64,000 bases of DNA from Octopus vulgaris (GCA_951406725.2 OX597836.1:21514001-21578000), one strand, 5' to 3'. Positions 11,269 through 26,200 are shown, counted from the stretch's first letter. Made by a program: numbers and translations. The notes: generated from the sequence alone by a model not told the origin.

Positions 11269-14200
11269 TGTGTGTGTGTGTGTGTGTAATGTGTTTGAAA
11301 CGTGTGTAAGCCAAATAAATCGTCGATAATACATATTTAAGCTTTATGTCTTTTTCTATCACATTATGTGTGTGTGTGTGTGTGTTAATGTGTTTGAAAC
11401 GTGTGTAAGCCAAATAAATCGTCGATAATACATATTTAAGCTTTATGTCTTTTTCTATCACATTATGTGTGTGTGTGTGTGTGTGTAATGTGTTTGAAAC
11501 GTGTGTAAGCCAAATAAATCGTCGATAATACATATTTAAGCTTTATGTCTTTTTCTATCACATTATGTGTGTGTGTGTGTGTGTGGAATGTGTTAATGTG
11601 TTTGAAACGTGTGTAAGCCAAATAAATCGTCGATAATACATATTTAAGCTTTATGTCTTTTTCTATCACATTATGTGTGTGTGTGTGTGTTTAATGTGTT
11701 TGAAACGTGTGTAAGCCAAATAAATCGTCGATAATACATATTTAAGCTTTATGTCTTTTTCTATCACATTATGTGTGTGTGTGTGTGTTAATGTGTTTGA
11801 AACGTGTGTAAGCCAAATAAATCGTCGATAATACATATTTAAGCTTTATGTCTTTTTCTATCACATTATGTGTGTGTGTGTGTGTTAATGTGTTTGAAAC
11901 GTGTGTAAGCCAAATAAATCGTCGATAATACATATTTAAGCTTTATGTCTTTTTCTATCACATTATGTGTGTGTGTGTGTGTGTTAATGTGTTTGAAACG
12001 TGTGTAAGCAAAATAAATCGTCGATAATACATATTTAAGCTTTATGTCTTTTTCTATCACATTATGTGTGTGTGTGTGTGTGTTAATGTGTTTGAAACGT
12101 GTGTAAGCCAAATAAATCGTCGATAATACATATTTAAGCTTTATGTCTTTTTCTATCACATTATGTGTGTGTGTGTGTGTTTAATGTGTTTGAAACGTGT
12201 GTAAGCCAAATAAATCGTCGATAATACATATTTAAGCTTTATGTCTTTTTCTATCACATTATGTGTGTGTGTGTGTGTGTTAATGTGTTTGAAACGTGTG
12301 TAAGCCAAATAAATCGTCGATAATACATATTTAAGCTTTATGTCTTTTTCTATCACATTATGTGTGTGTGTGTGTGTGTTAATGTGTTTGAAACGTGTGT
12401 AAGCCAAATAAATCGTCGATAATACATATTTTAGCTTTATGTCTTTTTCTATCACATTATGTGTGTATGTGTGTTAATGTGTTTGAAACGTGTGTAAGCC
12501 AAATAAATCGTCGATAATACATATTTAAGCTTTATGTCTTTTTCTATCACATTATGTGTGTGTGTGTGTGTTAATGTGTTTGAAACGTGTGTAAGCCAAA
12601 TAAATCGTCGATAATACATATTTAAGCTTTATGTCTTTTTCTATCACATTATGTGTGTGTGTGTGTGTGTAATGTGTTTGAAACGTGTGTAAGCCAAATA
12701 AATCGTCGATAATACATATTTTAAGCTTTATGTCTTTTTCTATCACATTATGTGTGTGTGTGTGTGTGTAATGTGTTTGAAACGTGTGTAAGCCAAATAA
12801 ATCGTCGATAATACATATTTAAGCTTTATGTCTTTTTCTATCACATTATGTGTGTGTGTGTGTGTTAATGTGTTTGAAACGTGTGTAAGCCAAATAAATC
12901 GTCGATAATACATATTTAAGCTTTATGTCTTTTTCTATCACATTATGTGTGTGTGTGTGTGTGTGTGTGTAATGTGTTTGAAACGTGTGTAAGCCAAATA
13001 AATCGTCGATAATACATATTTAGCTTTATGTCTTTTTCTATCACAGTATGTGTGTGTGTGTGTGTGTTAATGTGTTTGAAACGTGTGTAAGCCAAATAAA
13101 TCGTCGATAATACATATTTTAGCTTTATGTCTTTTTCTATCACATTATGTGTGTGTGTGTGTGTTAATGTGTTTGAAACGTGTGTAAGCCAAATAAATCG
13201 TCGATAATACATATTTAAGCTTTATGTCTTTTTCTATCACATTATGTGTGTGTGTGTGTGTGTGTGTTAATGTGTTTGAAACGTGTGTAAGCCAAATAAA
13301 TCGTCGATAATACATATTTAAGCTTTATGTCTTTTTCTATCACATTATGTGTGTGTGTGTGTGTTAATGTGTTTGAAACGTGTGTGAGCCAAATAAATCG
13401 TCGATAATACATATTTAAGCTTTATGTCTTTTTCTATCACATTATGTGTGTGTGTGTGTTAATGTGTTTGAAACGTGTGTAAGCCAAATAAATCGTCGAT
13501 AATACATATTTTAGCTTTATGTCTTTTTCTATCACATTATGTGTGTGTGTGTGTGTGTTAATGTGTTTGAAACGTGTGTAAGCCAAATAAATCGTCGATA
13601 ATACATATTTAAGCTTTATGTCTTTTTCTATCACATTATGTGTGTGTGTGTGTGTGTTAATGTGTTTGAAACGTGTGTAAGCCAAATAAATCGTCGATAA
13701 TACATATTTTAGCTTTATGTCTTTTTCTATCACATTATGTGTGTGCGTGTGTGTTAATGTGTTTGAAACGTGTGTAAGCCAAATAAATCGTCGATAATAC
13801 ATATTTTAAGCTTTATGTCTTTTTCTATCACAGTATGTGTGTGTGTGTGTGTGTTAATGTGTTTGAAATGTGTGTAAGCCAAATAAATCGTCGATAATAC
13901 ATATTTAAGCTTTATGTCTTTTTCTATCACATTATGTGTGTGTGTGTGTGTGTTAATGTGTTTGAAACGTGTGTAAGCCAAATAAATCGTCGATAATACA
14001 TATTTTAGCTTTATGTCTTTTTCTATCACATTATGTGTGTGTGTGTGTGTTAATGTGTTTGAAACGTGTGTAAGCCAAATAAATCGTCGATAATACATAT
14101 TTAAGCTTTATGTCTTTTTCTATCACATTATGTGTGTGTGTGTGTGTTAATGTGTTTGAAACGTGTGTAAGCCAAATAAATCGTCGATAATACATATTTA

Positions 14201-15925
14201 AGCTTTATGTCTTTTTCTATCACATTATGTGTGTGTGTGTGTGTGTTAATGTGTTTGAAACGCGTGTAAGCCAAATAAATCGTCGATAATACATATTTTA
14301 GCTTTATGTCTTTTTCTATCACATTATGTGTGTGTGTGTGTGTGTTAATGTGTTTGAAACGTGTGTAAGCCAAATAAATCGTCGATAATACATATTTATG
14401 CTTTATGTCTTTTTCTATCACATTATGTGTGTGTGTGTGTGTGTTAACGTGTTTGAAACGTGTGTAAGCCAAATAAATCGTCGATAATACATATTTAAGC
14501 TTTATGTCTTTTTCTATCACATTATGTGTGTGTGTGTGTTAATGTGTTTGAAACGTGTGTAAGCCAAATAAATCGTCGATAGTACATATTTTAGCTTTAT
14601 GTCTTTTTCTATCACATTATGTGTGTGTGTGTGTGTGTTAATGTGTTTGAAACGTGTGTAAGCCAAATAAATCGTCGATAATACATATTTTAGCTTTATG
14701 TCTTTTTCTATCACATTATGTGTGTGTGTGTGTGTGTTAATGTGTTTGAAACGTGTGTAAGCCAAATAAATCGTCGATAATACATATTTAAGCTTTATGT
14801 CTTTTTCTATCACATTATGTGTGTGTGTGTTAATGTGTTTGAAACATGTATAAGCCAAATAAATCGTCGATAATACATATTTTAGCTTTATGTCTTTTTC
14901 TATCACATTATGTGTGTGTGTGTGTGTGTTAATGTGTTTGAAACGTGTGTAAGCCAAATAAATCGTCGATAATATATATTTAAGCTTTATGTCTTTTTCT
15001 ATCACATTATGTGTGTGTGTGTTAATGTGTTTGAAACGTGTAAGCCAAATAAATCGTCGATAATACATATTTTAGCTTTATGTCTTTTTCTATCACATTA
15101 TGTGTGTGTGTGTGTGTGTGTTAATGTGTTTGAAACGTGTGTAAGCCAAATAAATCGTCGATAATATATATTTAAGCTTTATGTCTTTTTCTATCACATT
15201 ATGTGTGTGTGTGTGTGTTAATGTGTTTGAAACGTGTGTAAGCCAAATAAATCGTCGATAATACATATTTTAGCTTTATGTCTTTTTCTATCACATTATG
15301 TGTGTGTGTGTGTGTTAATGTGTTTGAAACGTGTGTAAGCCAAATAAATCGTCGATAATATATATTTAAGCTTTATGTCTTTTTCTTATCACATTATGCC
15401 TGTGTGTGTGTGTTAATGTGTTTGAAACGTGTGTAAGCCAAATAAATCGTCGATAATACATATTTTAGCTTTATGTCTTTTTCTATCACATTATGTGTGT
15501 GTGTGTGTGTAATGTGTTTGAAACGTGTGTAAGCCAAATAAATCGTCGATAATACATATTTTAGCTTTATGTCTTTTTCTATCACATTATGTGTGTGTGT
15601 GTGTGTTAATATGTTTGAAACGTGTGTAAGCCAAATAAATCGCCGATAATACATATTTAAGCTTTATATCTTTTTGTATCACATTATGCGTGTGTGTGTG
15701 TGTGTGTGTTAATGTGTTAATGTGTTTGAAACGTGTGTAAGCCAAATAAATCGTCGATAATACATATTTAAGCTTTATGTCTTTTTCTATCACATTATGT
15801 GTGTGTGTGTGTGTGTTAATGTGTTTGAAACGTGTGTAAGCCAAATAAATCGTCGATAATACATATTTAAGCTCTATGTCTTTTTCTATCACATTATGCG
15901 TGTGTGTGTGTGTGTGTTAATGTGT
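11196..15925. repeat. Tandem satellite, about 48 copies of a ~98-bp unit (constant part plus variable (TG)n)
   Basis: Unit AATGTGTTTGAAACGTGTGTAAGCCAAATAAATCGTCGATAATACATATTTAAGCTTTATGTCTTTTTCTATCACATTA(TG)n; copies counted by eye. Confidence 0.98.
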
Positions 15926-16219
15926 GCACAGGTGTATGTGCATGCGTATGCATACACACATATACTCATACCACACATATACTCGCGCACACGCACGCAC
16001 GCGCAACACACACATATACAAAAACACAAGTAAACATTTATGTTAGCGGAGATGACGCTGTTCTCCAGTATGATTCCAAAATAGAATTGATACCGAGTTT
16101 TTGGCTCCGTTACGACCGAATTAATTAAGTAATTAATTAAATTAATTAACTAACGAATTCTTATGTAGACAGAAACGAAGATATTTATAGGGTGGAGTGA
16201 GGGAGAGTGAGTGGGAGAA

Positions 16220-16224
<5 letters not shown>

Positions 16225-16265
<41 letters not shown>

Positions 16266-16343
16266 TAAAAAAAGGCGGAAAGAGAACGAAAGAAAGGTAG
16301 AGAGAAGGAAAGAAAGAAAAGGGAAAGAGAGAGAGGGAAAGAA

Positions 16344-16416
<73 letters not shown>

Positions 16417-16426
16417 GAGAGAGAGA
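16225..16426. repeat. (GA)n / polypurine tract
   Basis: Read directly. Confidence 0.95.
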
Positions 16427-16788
16427 AAGTGGTTTGTGTACCCTCTCCGGAAATGTGCAACATTGAATATAATGATCGTCGCAACCATGGATCGAAACAG
16501 TATCAAGTACATCTCTCACGGGACACTAGTTTTCCAGAAAGCAATAGAGCGATCGATGGTGTTGCCACCTGGAATGACAGGGTAAGTGCGACAATGCGAA
16601 AATACAAAAAGCTACAATAGAAATCTATTTCATGGATACGTAACGTCACCATGGTTACATCGCGACCTAATTAATACTGGTTATTGATTGGCTGATATTA
16701 ACTTCTGCTAAATAAGCGGAAATGTTACTTGTAGAATATATACATATATGTATATGTATGTGTGTGTAAATGTATGTATGTATGTATG

Positions 16789-16819
<31 letters not shown>

Positions 16820-16868
16820 GCATATATATATACACATACGCATAAACGCATACACACGCATATATATA

Positions 16869-16916
<48 letters not shown>

Positions 16917-17056
16917 TAGATAGACAGACAGATAGATACATATATTCACACTTACACATACATAGAAATATACATATATATATATATATATGCATATGTA
17001 TATGCATGTATATGTATCTATGTATGCATATATTCATATATAAATTATACATGTAC

Positions 17057-17134
<78 letters not shown>

Positions 17135-17733
17135 AAACAAATTAATAAATAAAACATATGCATATATACATACATATATGTACGTACCTACATCTACATG
17201 TATATATACATGTATATATGGGTACAGGACATTAAAAAAACGTCGAACACAATGAGAAACGAAAACATAAACACAAAACCAAGGAATTGGACATTTTTCT
17301 TAAACAACGAAAAAATAGAGTACAAGACATACAACACAAGGAAAATTACCCTTCTTCAGCCGCCTCTGTTTCATCTACTCCGCGTTCGAAGGTAAAGGCG
17401 AGACACGACTCCCTTGAAATAATCCTTCCCGCAAAAAGCAGATTATATAAAATTTGAGATTTTTTTGCGGAGGGGTAAAAATGGTAAATTTATTTGGTAA
17501 CCGAAAGATTACCAAATCTTTTGATACCTCATACGTTAAAATCGGCAATTCAGTTTTCGAATCCATGCAGAACATACGCGCGCGCACACGCACACACAAA
17601 CTCTGTTTCATTACATAAGCTATATATATGTATATATGCATGAGAATACATACATAAAACATACAAATCTGAACATACATACATACATACCTACCTACAT
17701 ACATACATACATATATACATACATACATATATA

Positions 17734-18235
<502 letters not shown>

Positions 18236-18659
18236 GCATACATACATACATACATACATACATACATACATAAATACATACATATATAAATACATACATA
18301 CATACATAAATACATACATACACGGACACTCACACACAGGTGTACATGCATAATTCAATGAAACGCATATATCAACAGATACATTTTTATCACGTTTACT
18401 TGTTATTGGATCACTAATACATCTGCGCTCTCTCTCTCTCATACTTCCTCCCCTCTCTCTCTCTCTCTCCCTCTCTCTCTATCTATCTATCTATTCATTC
18501 TGTCTATCGTACTTATGCACTTGCTATTCTTGTATACTTCTCTAACTAACCACCCCACCTTTGCTCTTCCCCTCTCTTTTATCTTTTCTCTCTTTATTTG
18601 TCTCACTCAATTTATTCCTTATATGTATCTCTCCCGTCAGCTCTCACTCTTTGTCTCTT

Positions 18660-18691
<32 letters not shown>

Positions 18692-19021
18692 CACGTCTCT
18701 TTTCTTTTTATTAACATCAAGCTGATGAGTTTCAGGCAAACAACTCGCAATACGGGTATCACTTCAAGTGTCAGGCGACAAGTGATGTATGAACTAGTGC
18801 ATATACGCGCGTGCGCAAGTATGCTGACACACAGACGCATGAACGCGCGATACTGTCTCCTCCCCCACATACTGCATATAAGTACATATGCACACGTACA
18901 CATACACACGCACTGATACACGCACATACACACAGATACACGCCCGTGGATGGCAATGTCTCTGTCTTTCCATCACACACAATCACACGCATACACACAC
19001 ACACAAACACACACACACACT

Positions 19022-19055
<34 letters not shown>

Positions 19056-19242
19056 ACAAGCATGCACATACACATACACATACACATATTATATGCTTAC
19101 TTGCACACCCATTCGCACTCGTAGTCATGCATACACATACACTTGTACACAAACATACATGCACAGAAAGCCCAGTTAATCTCTAAATGCCACCACGAAA
19201 ACAAATACCTTGCTAATCTGAACACAAAGTGTGATAATATAT

Positions 19243-19623
19243 GGAGGCGCAATGGCCCAGTGGTTAGGGCAGCGGACTCGCGGTCGTAGGATCGTGGTTT
19301 CGATTCCCAGACCGGGCGTTGTGAGTGTTTATTGAGCAAAAACACCTAAAGCTCCTCGAAGCTCCGGCAGGGGATGGTGGTGATCCCTGCTGTACTCTTT
19401 CGCCACAACTTTCTCTCACTCTTACTTCCTGTTTCTGTTGTACCTGTATTTCAAAGGGCCGGCCTTGTCACTCTCTGTGTCACGCTGAATATCCCCGAGA
19501 ACTGCGTTAAGGGTACACGTGTCTGTGGAGTGCTCAGCCACTTACACGTTAATTTCACGAGCAGGCTGTTCCGTTGATCGGATCAACCGGAACCCTCGTC
19601 GTCGTAACCGACGGAGTGCTTCC
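19243..19623 (+). mobile_element. SINE family A, full length
   Basis: A box TGGCCCAGTGG, B box GGTTTCGATTCC; ends GGAGTGCTTCCA(TCCA). Confidence 0.93.
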
Positions 19624-19789
19624 ATCCATCCAACATATGAACTAAATCACAACGAAGTTAATATATTCGTTATATTTACTAATATCATGAACAAATATAT
19701 TAGTTATAATTCCAGCTTAAATATTAAACTGGTCCATACGCCAACGTGTATCCCTAAAATTGTCGACAGACGAAATGCGCATGCATTAT

Positions 19790-20173
19790 GGAAGCACTCC
19801 GTCGGTTACGACGACGAGGGTTCCGGTTGATCCGAATCAACGGAACAGCCTGCTCGTGAAATTAACGTGTAAGTGGCTGAGCACTCCACAGACACGTGCA
19901 CCCTTAACGTAGTTCTCGGGGATATTCAGCGTGACACAGAAAGTGACAAGGCCGGCCCATTGAAATACAGGTACAACAGAAACAGGAAGTAAGAGTGAGA
20001 GAAAGTTGTGGTAAAAGAGTACAGCAGGGATCACCACCATCCCCTGCCGGAGCCTCGTGGAGCTTTAGGTGTTTTTGCTCAATAAACACTCACAACGCCC
20101 GGTCTGGGAATCGAAACCGCGATCCTATGACCGCGAGTCCGCTGCCCTAACCACTGGGCCATTGCGCCTCCAC
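19790..20173 (-). mobile_element. SINE family A, full length, with 13-bp TSD
   Basis: TSD GCGCATGCATTAT at 19777-19789 and 20175-20187. Confidence 0.95.
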
Positions 20174-20699
20174 GGCGCATGCATTATCAAGTCAGAGATA
20201 GAATTCGAAAGACGATGGAAAATCGAGTTAACTTCTAAATGTTACCACGAGAACAAATACTCAATTTGCCAATCTTAATAGAGTTACAGAGTAAGGCTGA
20301 ACATTAAAGCACAACTAAAAGTTTGCTGACAGTTATAGAATAAACGAAACAAGAAAAGCAGACAAAACTGAAAAGACTGAACCACAAATGCGAATAGACC
20401 GAGTAGAAGCATGATAATTCTTCCCATCAGCCCGGTATTGTTTATCTTTTATCTATATTTGTTTTAGCTTTATTTGTTTTATATTTATTTTTTGGACTGC
20501 AGCCATGCCGAGGCGCCGCCTTGAAGAATTTTGTTGAAGTAATGAACCCCAGTACTTAATATTTTAAGTGTGGTTCTTATTCCCCCGGACTCTTTTTGCC
20601 AAGCCGCTTAATGTTATGAGGACGTAAACAAACCGACACTCATGGTCAAGTGGCAGGTGGACAAACGCACGCACGCACAAAAAAACACACACATACACA

Positions 20700-20762
<63 letters not shown>

Positions 20763-20764
20763 AT

Positions 20765-20835
20765 GGAAGAGGATTTGAAAAAGCAGAAGTCTTTTAAGGT
20801 GTTTAAAAGACCTCTGCATTTTCAAATCCTCTTCC
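20765..20835. repeat. Short fold-back with 33-bp arms (2 mismatches, 5-nt loop); possibly a TIR-only MITE
   Basis: GGAAGAGGATTTGAAAAAGCAGAAGTCTTTTAA-ggtgt-TTAAAAGACCTCTGCATTTTCAAATCCTCTTCC. Confidence 0.8.
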
Positions 20836-20932
20836 CTATGAAAACTGGATATGCAAACACACACATCATACGCACACACACACATGCGTACACACATACA
20901 CTCACACATACACACACACGCATATGCCTATA

Positions 20933-20985
<53 letters not shown>

Positions 20986-21415
20986 TTATGTATATGTATA
21001 TATGTTACATAATACATATGTGTACACGCACCTCTGTACTTGTGTTATATATAGACACATATACATACACATAAACATATAAGTTTTCGAAAAGCTCTGC
21101 AATATTATCAGTTAACGGAAATATCGCACCACCACCATCACCACCACACCACAGCCACCATAATATCATCATAATTATCCTGAAGATCTTCCAGCAATTA
21201 TCTCTCTCTCATTCTATCTCCCCTCTCTCCTCTCTCTCCCTCCCCTCTTTATATGTATGTATATATATATATATACATATATATATATGCGTGTGTGTGT
21301 GTGTGTGTGTGTGTGCATACACACATAGATGCACACACACACACACACACGCACACAAACACACACACACACACACACACAAAATCAAAATAAGTAACAG
21401 GGTGTCAAGTATTAG

Positions 21416-21452
<37 letters not shown>

Positions 21453-21467
21453 CATATATACATATAT

Positions 21468-21517
<50 letters not shown>

Positions 21518-22260
21518 CATACATGGATGTTTACGTATCCTTGTGTGCTTTTACGTAGCAGGAAGACGTGTAATTAGCTGTAGTAAGGTGCCGTTATATC
21601 TGATACCAAATGAGAAGGTAACTCTTTGAAAATTTTCCCTTTCCCGGGGCCATTCACCCTCTCTTTCCATAACGACAACAACATACACCGCCGTCGCCAC
21701 CACCATCTCTGCCACCACCACCACCACCACCACCACCACCACCACCACGTACAATGAAAATATGAAAGCAAAAGTGTAAAATAATGGGAGAGAGGAGGAG
21801 AGTAAGAATACATTGCATATAATATCTGTATGTATAATTCATACATGCATACATATAAAAAAGCATGCATATATTATACCACACTACTTAAGACAAAGAT
21901 GGAATTGTGTGTGTGTGAGTGTGTGTGTGGTAGCACAGTATGGCAACAAGCTACTAACTGAAACAATTAAATAAAATTTATATATATACATATATATATA
22001 TAGTAGAAATATGTTACGAAAAGAAAATATAAAATACACGTGGAAATGTAAGGGTAAAATATGAAAAATTAACGAAAATGCACATTGCAGATAAAAAAAG
22101 GCTATTTATGATAGGTAAAGACAAATATATACATTTAGATTGACTGAGTTAGTAATACGAGTCATAAAAGTCATTATTATGAGATGATTATAAGATGATA
22201 ATAAAGTAAGAGAACAAAACGGACCATGGTTTACGCCAAGGTATTCATCGTTTATATATA

Positions 22261-22557
22261 TCTATATATATAAAACTGAAGTTGTGTGGTGTCTGTCTCC
22301 TACAATTTAGATTCCTAACTCCTCCCACATTTTGCGGTGCAGTTTAACCAAAAGCGGGTATCTTATAGTCGTGATTCATATCGAGCCCTTCTGGGTATTA
22401 GCGCGCGTCTACGATGAGTCTACGATTAAAAAAAAAATTACCATCAGTTTTTCCATTTTTAATGCATTTTTTCTATTATATAAGGGAAGTAACTCTCTAA
22501 AAATGCTTATATAGTTATTTCCCTTACAAACAAGAGCAACGCCGGGCGATACTGCTA

Positions 22558-22558
<1 letters not shown>
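22261..22558 (+). mobile_element. Non-autonomous Helitron, shorter copy (298 bp)
   Basis: a|TCTATATATATAAAACTG ... GAGCAACGCCGGGCGATACTGCTAG|t. Homologous to 2067-2580 but lacking about 215 internal bp. Confidence 0.85.
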
Positions 22559-22612
<54 letters not shown>

Positions 22613-22677
22613 CATATTCACCAAGGCCGTGCACCAACATGGCCGCAGTCTTATGAGTGAAATAAGTATAAAAATAA

Positions 22678-22924
22678 AGTGGCAGTATGGTAAGAAGCTT
22701 GCTTCCCGACCACATGGTTCCGGGTTCAGTCCCACTGCGTGGAACGTCGGGCAAATGTCTTCTACTATAGCCTCGGGCCGACTAAAGCCTTGTGAGTGGA
22801 TTTGGTAGATGGAAACTGGAAGAAACCCGTCGTTTATATATATGGATGTATTTGTCTGTGTGTCAGTGTTTGTCCCCGCCGCCATCGCTTGACAACTGAT
22901 GCTGGTGTGTTTATGTCCCCGCAA
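22678..22924 (+). mobile_element. SINE family B, 5' portion
   Basis: Homology to 17734; ends where the TAA-associated element begins. Confidence 0.8.
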
Positions 22925-22927
22925 CCA

Positions 22928-23310
22928 AGTGGCTGACGATATGTGTATCTCTGATCACGAGCAGAAGTAGTGGGGGAGCATCATAGCCATGTGTTGAGAG
23001 GGATTCTTTGGGGTTTGAATAATTCACCTCTGGAAACATGTGTGTTTCGTTTAACATCCTTAAACAACCCTTATTCAGGGACCTTTTGAGCGGGATGGGT
23101 TACTCGATCAGAAGAAAATTCTAACTGGGCCCCACCTGCAAGGTTATGCGCTGTTTATCTTGATATGAGATCACCATATGGCGCACACATATGGTTGTGA
23201 TGCATGTGCCTGGTGTACCCTTATCAGATGTGTAGTGAAGATGGGTATCTTGGGCTTCGTATATTTTACCCCAGTATCACTTTGTTGGCATGCGCTGCTC
23301 TCTCACTCAA
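22928..23310 (+). mobile_element. 5'-truncated copy of the TAA-associated element
   Basis: Matches the 3' two-thirds of 56891-57449; followed by (ATG)n then (AAT)n. Confidence 0.85.
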
Positions 23311-23339
23311 TGATGATGATGATGATGATGATGATGGTA

Positions 23340-23429
<90 letters not shown>

Positions 23430-23719
23430 GTAATAGTATTAATAATAATAATATGTGTGTATGTATTTTTACATAACAAAACCTGTTTGATTTCTTGAGA
23501 TGATGAAACTTCTGTATGGTTGGTTACTCGACATATAAGAAATAGCACCCAAATTACCCTCACGTCTAAAAAAATTTTATAGATGAAACATTTATGGCTG
23601 GAAAGCATTTGATTGGAGGTTCATTGGATCACACTGACTTACGGCTAAACGAAATTGTTGAAGAATCCATTGAAGAATTTATTCCAAAGAATCAGCAGTG
23701 AGTAGAATCAGTGACGTGT

Positions 23720-24091
23720 GGAGGCGCAATGGCCCAGTGGTTAGGGCAGCGAACTCGCGGTCATAGGATCGCGGTTTCGATTCCCAGACCGGGCGTTATG
23801 AGTGTTTATTGAGCAAAAACACCTAAATCTCCACGAAGCTCCGGCAGGGATGGTGGTGATCCCTGCTATACTCTTTCCCCACAACTTTCTCTCACTCTTA
23901 TTTCCTGTTTCTGTTGTACCTTGTATTTCAAAGGGCCGGCCTTGTCACTCTCTGTGTCACGCTGAATATCCCCGAGAACTACGTTAAGGGTACACGTGTC
24001 TGTGGAGTGCTCAGCCACTTACACGTTAACTTCACGAGCAGGCTGTTCCGTTGATTCGGATCAACCGGAACCCTCGGAGTGCTTCCAGTCC
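23720..24091 (+). mobile_element. SINE family A with 16-bp TSD
   Basis: TSD AGAATCAGTG(A/G)CGTGT at 23704-23719 and 24092-24107. Confidence 0.93.
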
Positions 24092-24118
24092 AGAATCAGT
24101 GGCGTGTAGATTCTATAG

Positions 24119-24367
24119 CAGTGGTTCTCGACCGGGGTCCATATGACCCTTGAGGGACCATATGACCCTTGAGGGACCATATAAGACTTTGTTATTAATA
24201 TTTATCTGCAATGCACAAAATATTTTAACAATTATTTTCATACAATTCCATATCATATTTAATTATAGAATGCATAAAATTTTTAAGCATCAAATGGTTA
24301 TGAGAGTCTGCGTGAGTAAAATAGGAATCAAAGAGGTGCAGAGGTAGAAAATGGTTGAGAGCCACTG
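24119..24367. mobile_element. hAT (Charlie-type) MITE
   Basis: TIRs CAGTGGTTCTCGACC / GGTTGAGAGCCACTG; degenerate 8-bp TSD TTCTATAG / ATCTACAG; short internal tandem duplication of CCATATGACCCTTGAGGGA. Confidence 0.8.
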
Positions 24368-24909
24368 ATCTACAGTGTGTAGATTGTACAGTATATAGGA
24401 ATCTACACACTCGAACACTGCTCCATCAATAGCTGAAAATGTATGCCTAGAAAAACCGAAGAAACACAAGAAAAACACATCGCAAACGAAAATCTTAACA
24501 AAAACCTCTACTCCCAACCAAACAAAAAAAACAAAACAAAAAAAACTCCTATATAAAAGAAATAATAACGAACGTATATAAATTATATAAAAAAAAATAC
24601 TTCAAAGCAATGGAAGAGACAAAAATAGCTAACAAAAAAACAAAAACACTTCTTCGAAACCAGAAGCGAAACGAAGCGTAGGGAGAGAAGATAATTGTAA
24701 ATGCATTCTCTAAGAAAATCAAGCAGAGAAGAAGGATAAAAAAAAAAAAAAATAGGGAAATAGAAAAAGTGGAAGAAGTTAGATGAAAGACGAAGAGAAG
24801 AAAACTACGCATAAACAAAGAGAAAAAGAAAAAGGAGAAAATGAATGAGATAAGTGAAAAGTTAAGGTAAAAAATTTGAAAGATATAAAAAGAATATATA
24901 TATATATAT

Positions 24910-25002
<93 letters not shown>

Positions 25003-25012
25003 TACACACACA

Positions 25013-25068
<56 letters not shown>

Positions 25069-25085
25069 CATATATATATTTATAG

Positions 25086-25117
<32 letters not shown>

Positions 25118-25314
25118 TTATAGACACACACACACACATACACATACACACACACATATGTTGCATATAGAAGAGAGTGATAACGTCAGAAAAATGATGC
25201 AAATAAAAGAATAAAAAGATAAAATAAGAAAACAAGAGAAATTAAAGCAGAAGATAACGAGAGAGAATGAGGAAACTGCGATGTGTGACGTGTGAATGTT
25301 ATATGTGGTGGTGA

Positions 25315-25532
<218 letters not shown>

Positions 25533-25694
25533 TTACATACACACACATGCATGTATATGTGCGTGTGCATTGGTGTGCGTGTGTACATATGTATTGATGT
25601 ACCCCACCCTCACATATATGTAAGTATATATAAAAATACATGTATATACCACTACCACTAACACATATATGTACATACTACGTAGATACACATA

Positions 25695-26199
25695 CAGGGG
25701 TCGGGCAAAATAATGGAAACACCTAGCATCACAGCATCATAATTTTGAAATATCTATAAAACCGTCAAAAGCTTGTTTATTTTTATGATTTTTGAATTAT
25801 TATTAGTTTTGGTTTTCTTCCGGAGTTTTGCTAAAATTGCTGTTTCTTTTCAGATATCATCAGAAAAAGGTAATTAAAAAATCATTAAATTTACAGATCT
25901 ATCGAACTTTCAAAGAGGTCAAATTGTTGGTGCTCGTATGGCAGGCGCTAGCGTAACGATAACAGCCGAAATGTTTGGTGCATCAAGAAGTACTGTCTTG
26001 AAAGTAATGACAGCCTTTGAGAAAGTGGGAAAAACATCCTTGTCGAAATAAAACTCCGGAAGAAAACCAAAACTTTCAGATAGGGAACGTCGGACTCTTA
26101 CGCGAATTGTTAGAAAGGATCACAAAAGTACAGCTTCCAAGATTACTGCAGAGCTTAATGACCACCTCGAGAACCCAGTTTCCACAAAAACTGTTCGCC
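25695..26199 (+). mobile_element. Tc1-like transposon 5' half (TIR plus transposase DNA-binding domain, pseudogenised)
   Basis: ta|CAGGGGTCGGGCAAAATAATGGAAACAC. From 25893: TDLSNFQRGQIVGARMAGASVTITAEMFGASRSTVLKVMTAFEKVGKTSLSK*NSGRKPKLSDRERRTLTRIVRKDHKSTASKITAELNDHLENPVSTKTVR. Confidence 0.9.
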
Positions 26200-26200
26200 A

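Noticed and set aside
11196-15925. CRISPR-like regular array
   Set aside because: The intervening sequences are only (TG)n of varying length, not unique spacers. There are no cas genes and the context is eukaryotic.
19243-19320. tRNA gene
   Set aside because: It has A and B boxes but continues into a multi-copy SINE body, and sister copies have TSDs. The same applies to the other SINE heads and the B-box-like GGGTTCGATCCC near 45342.
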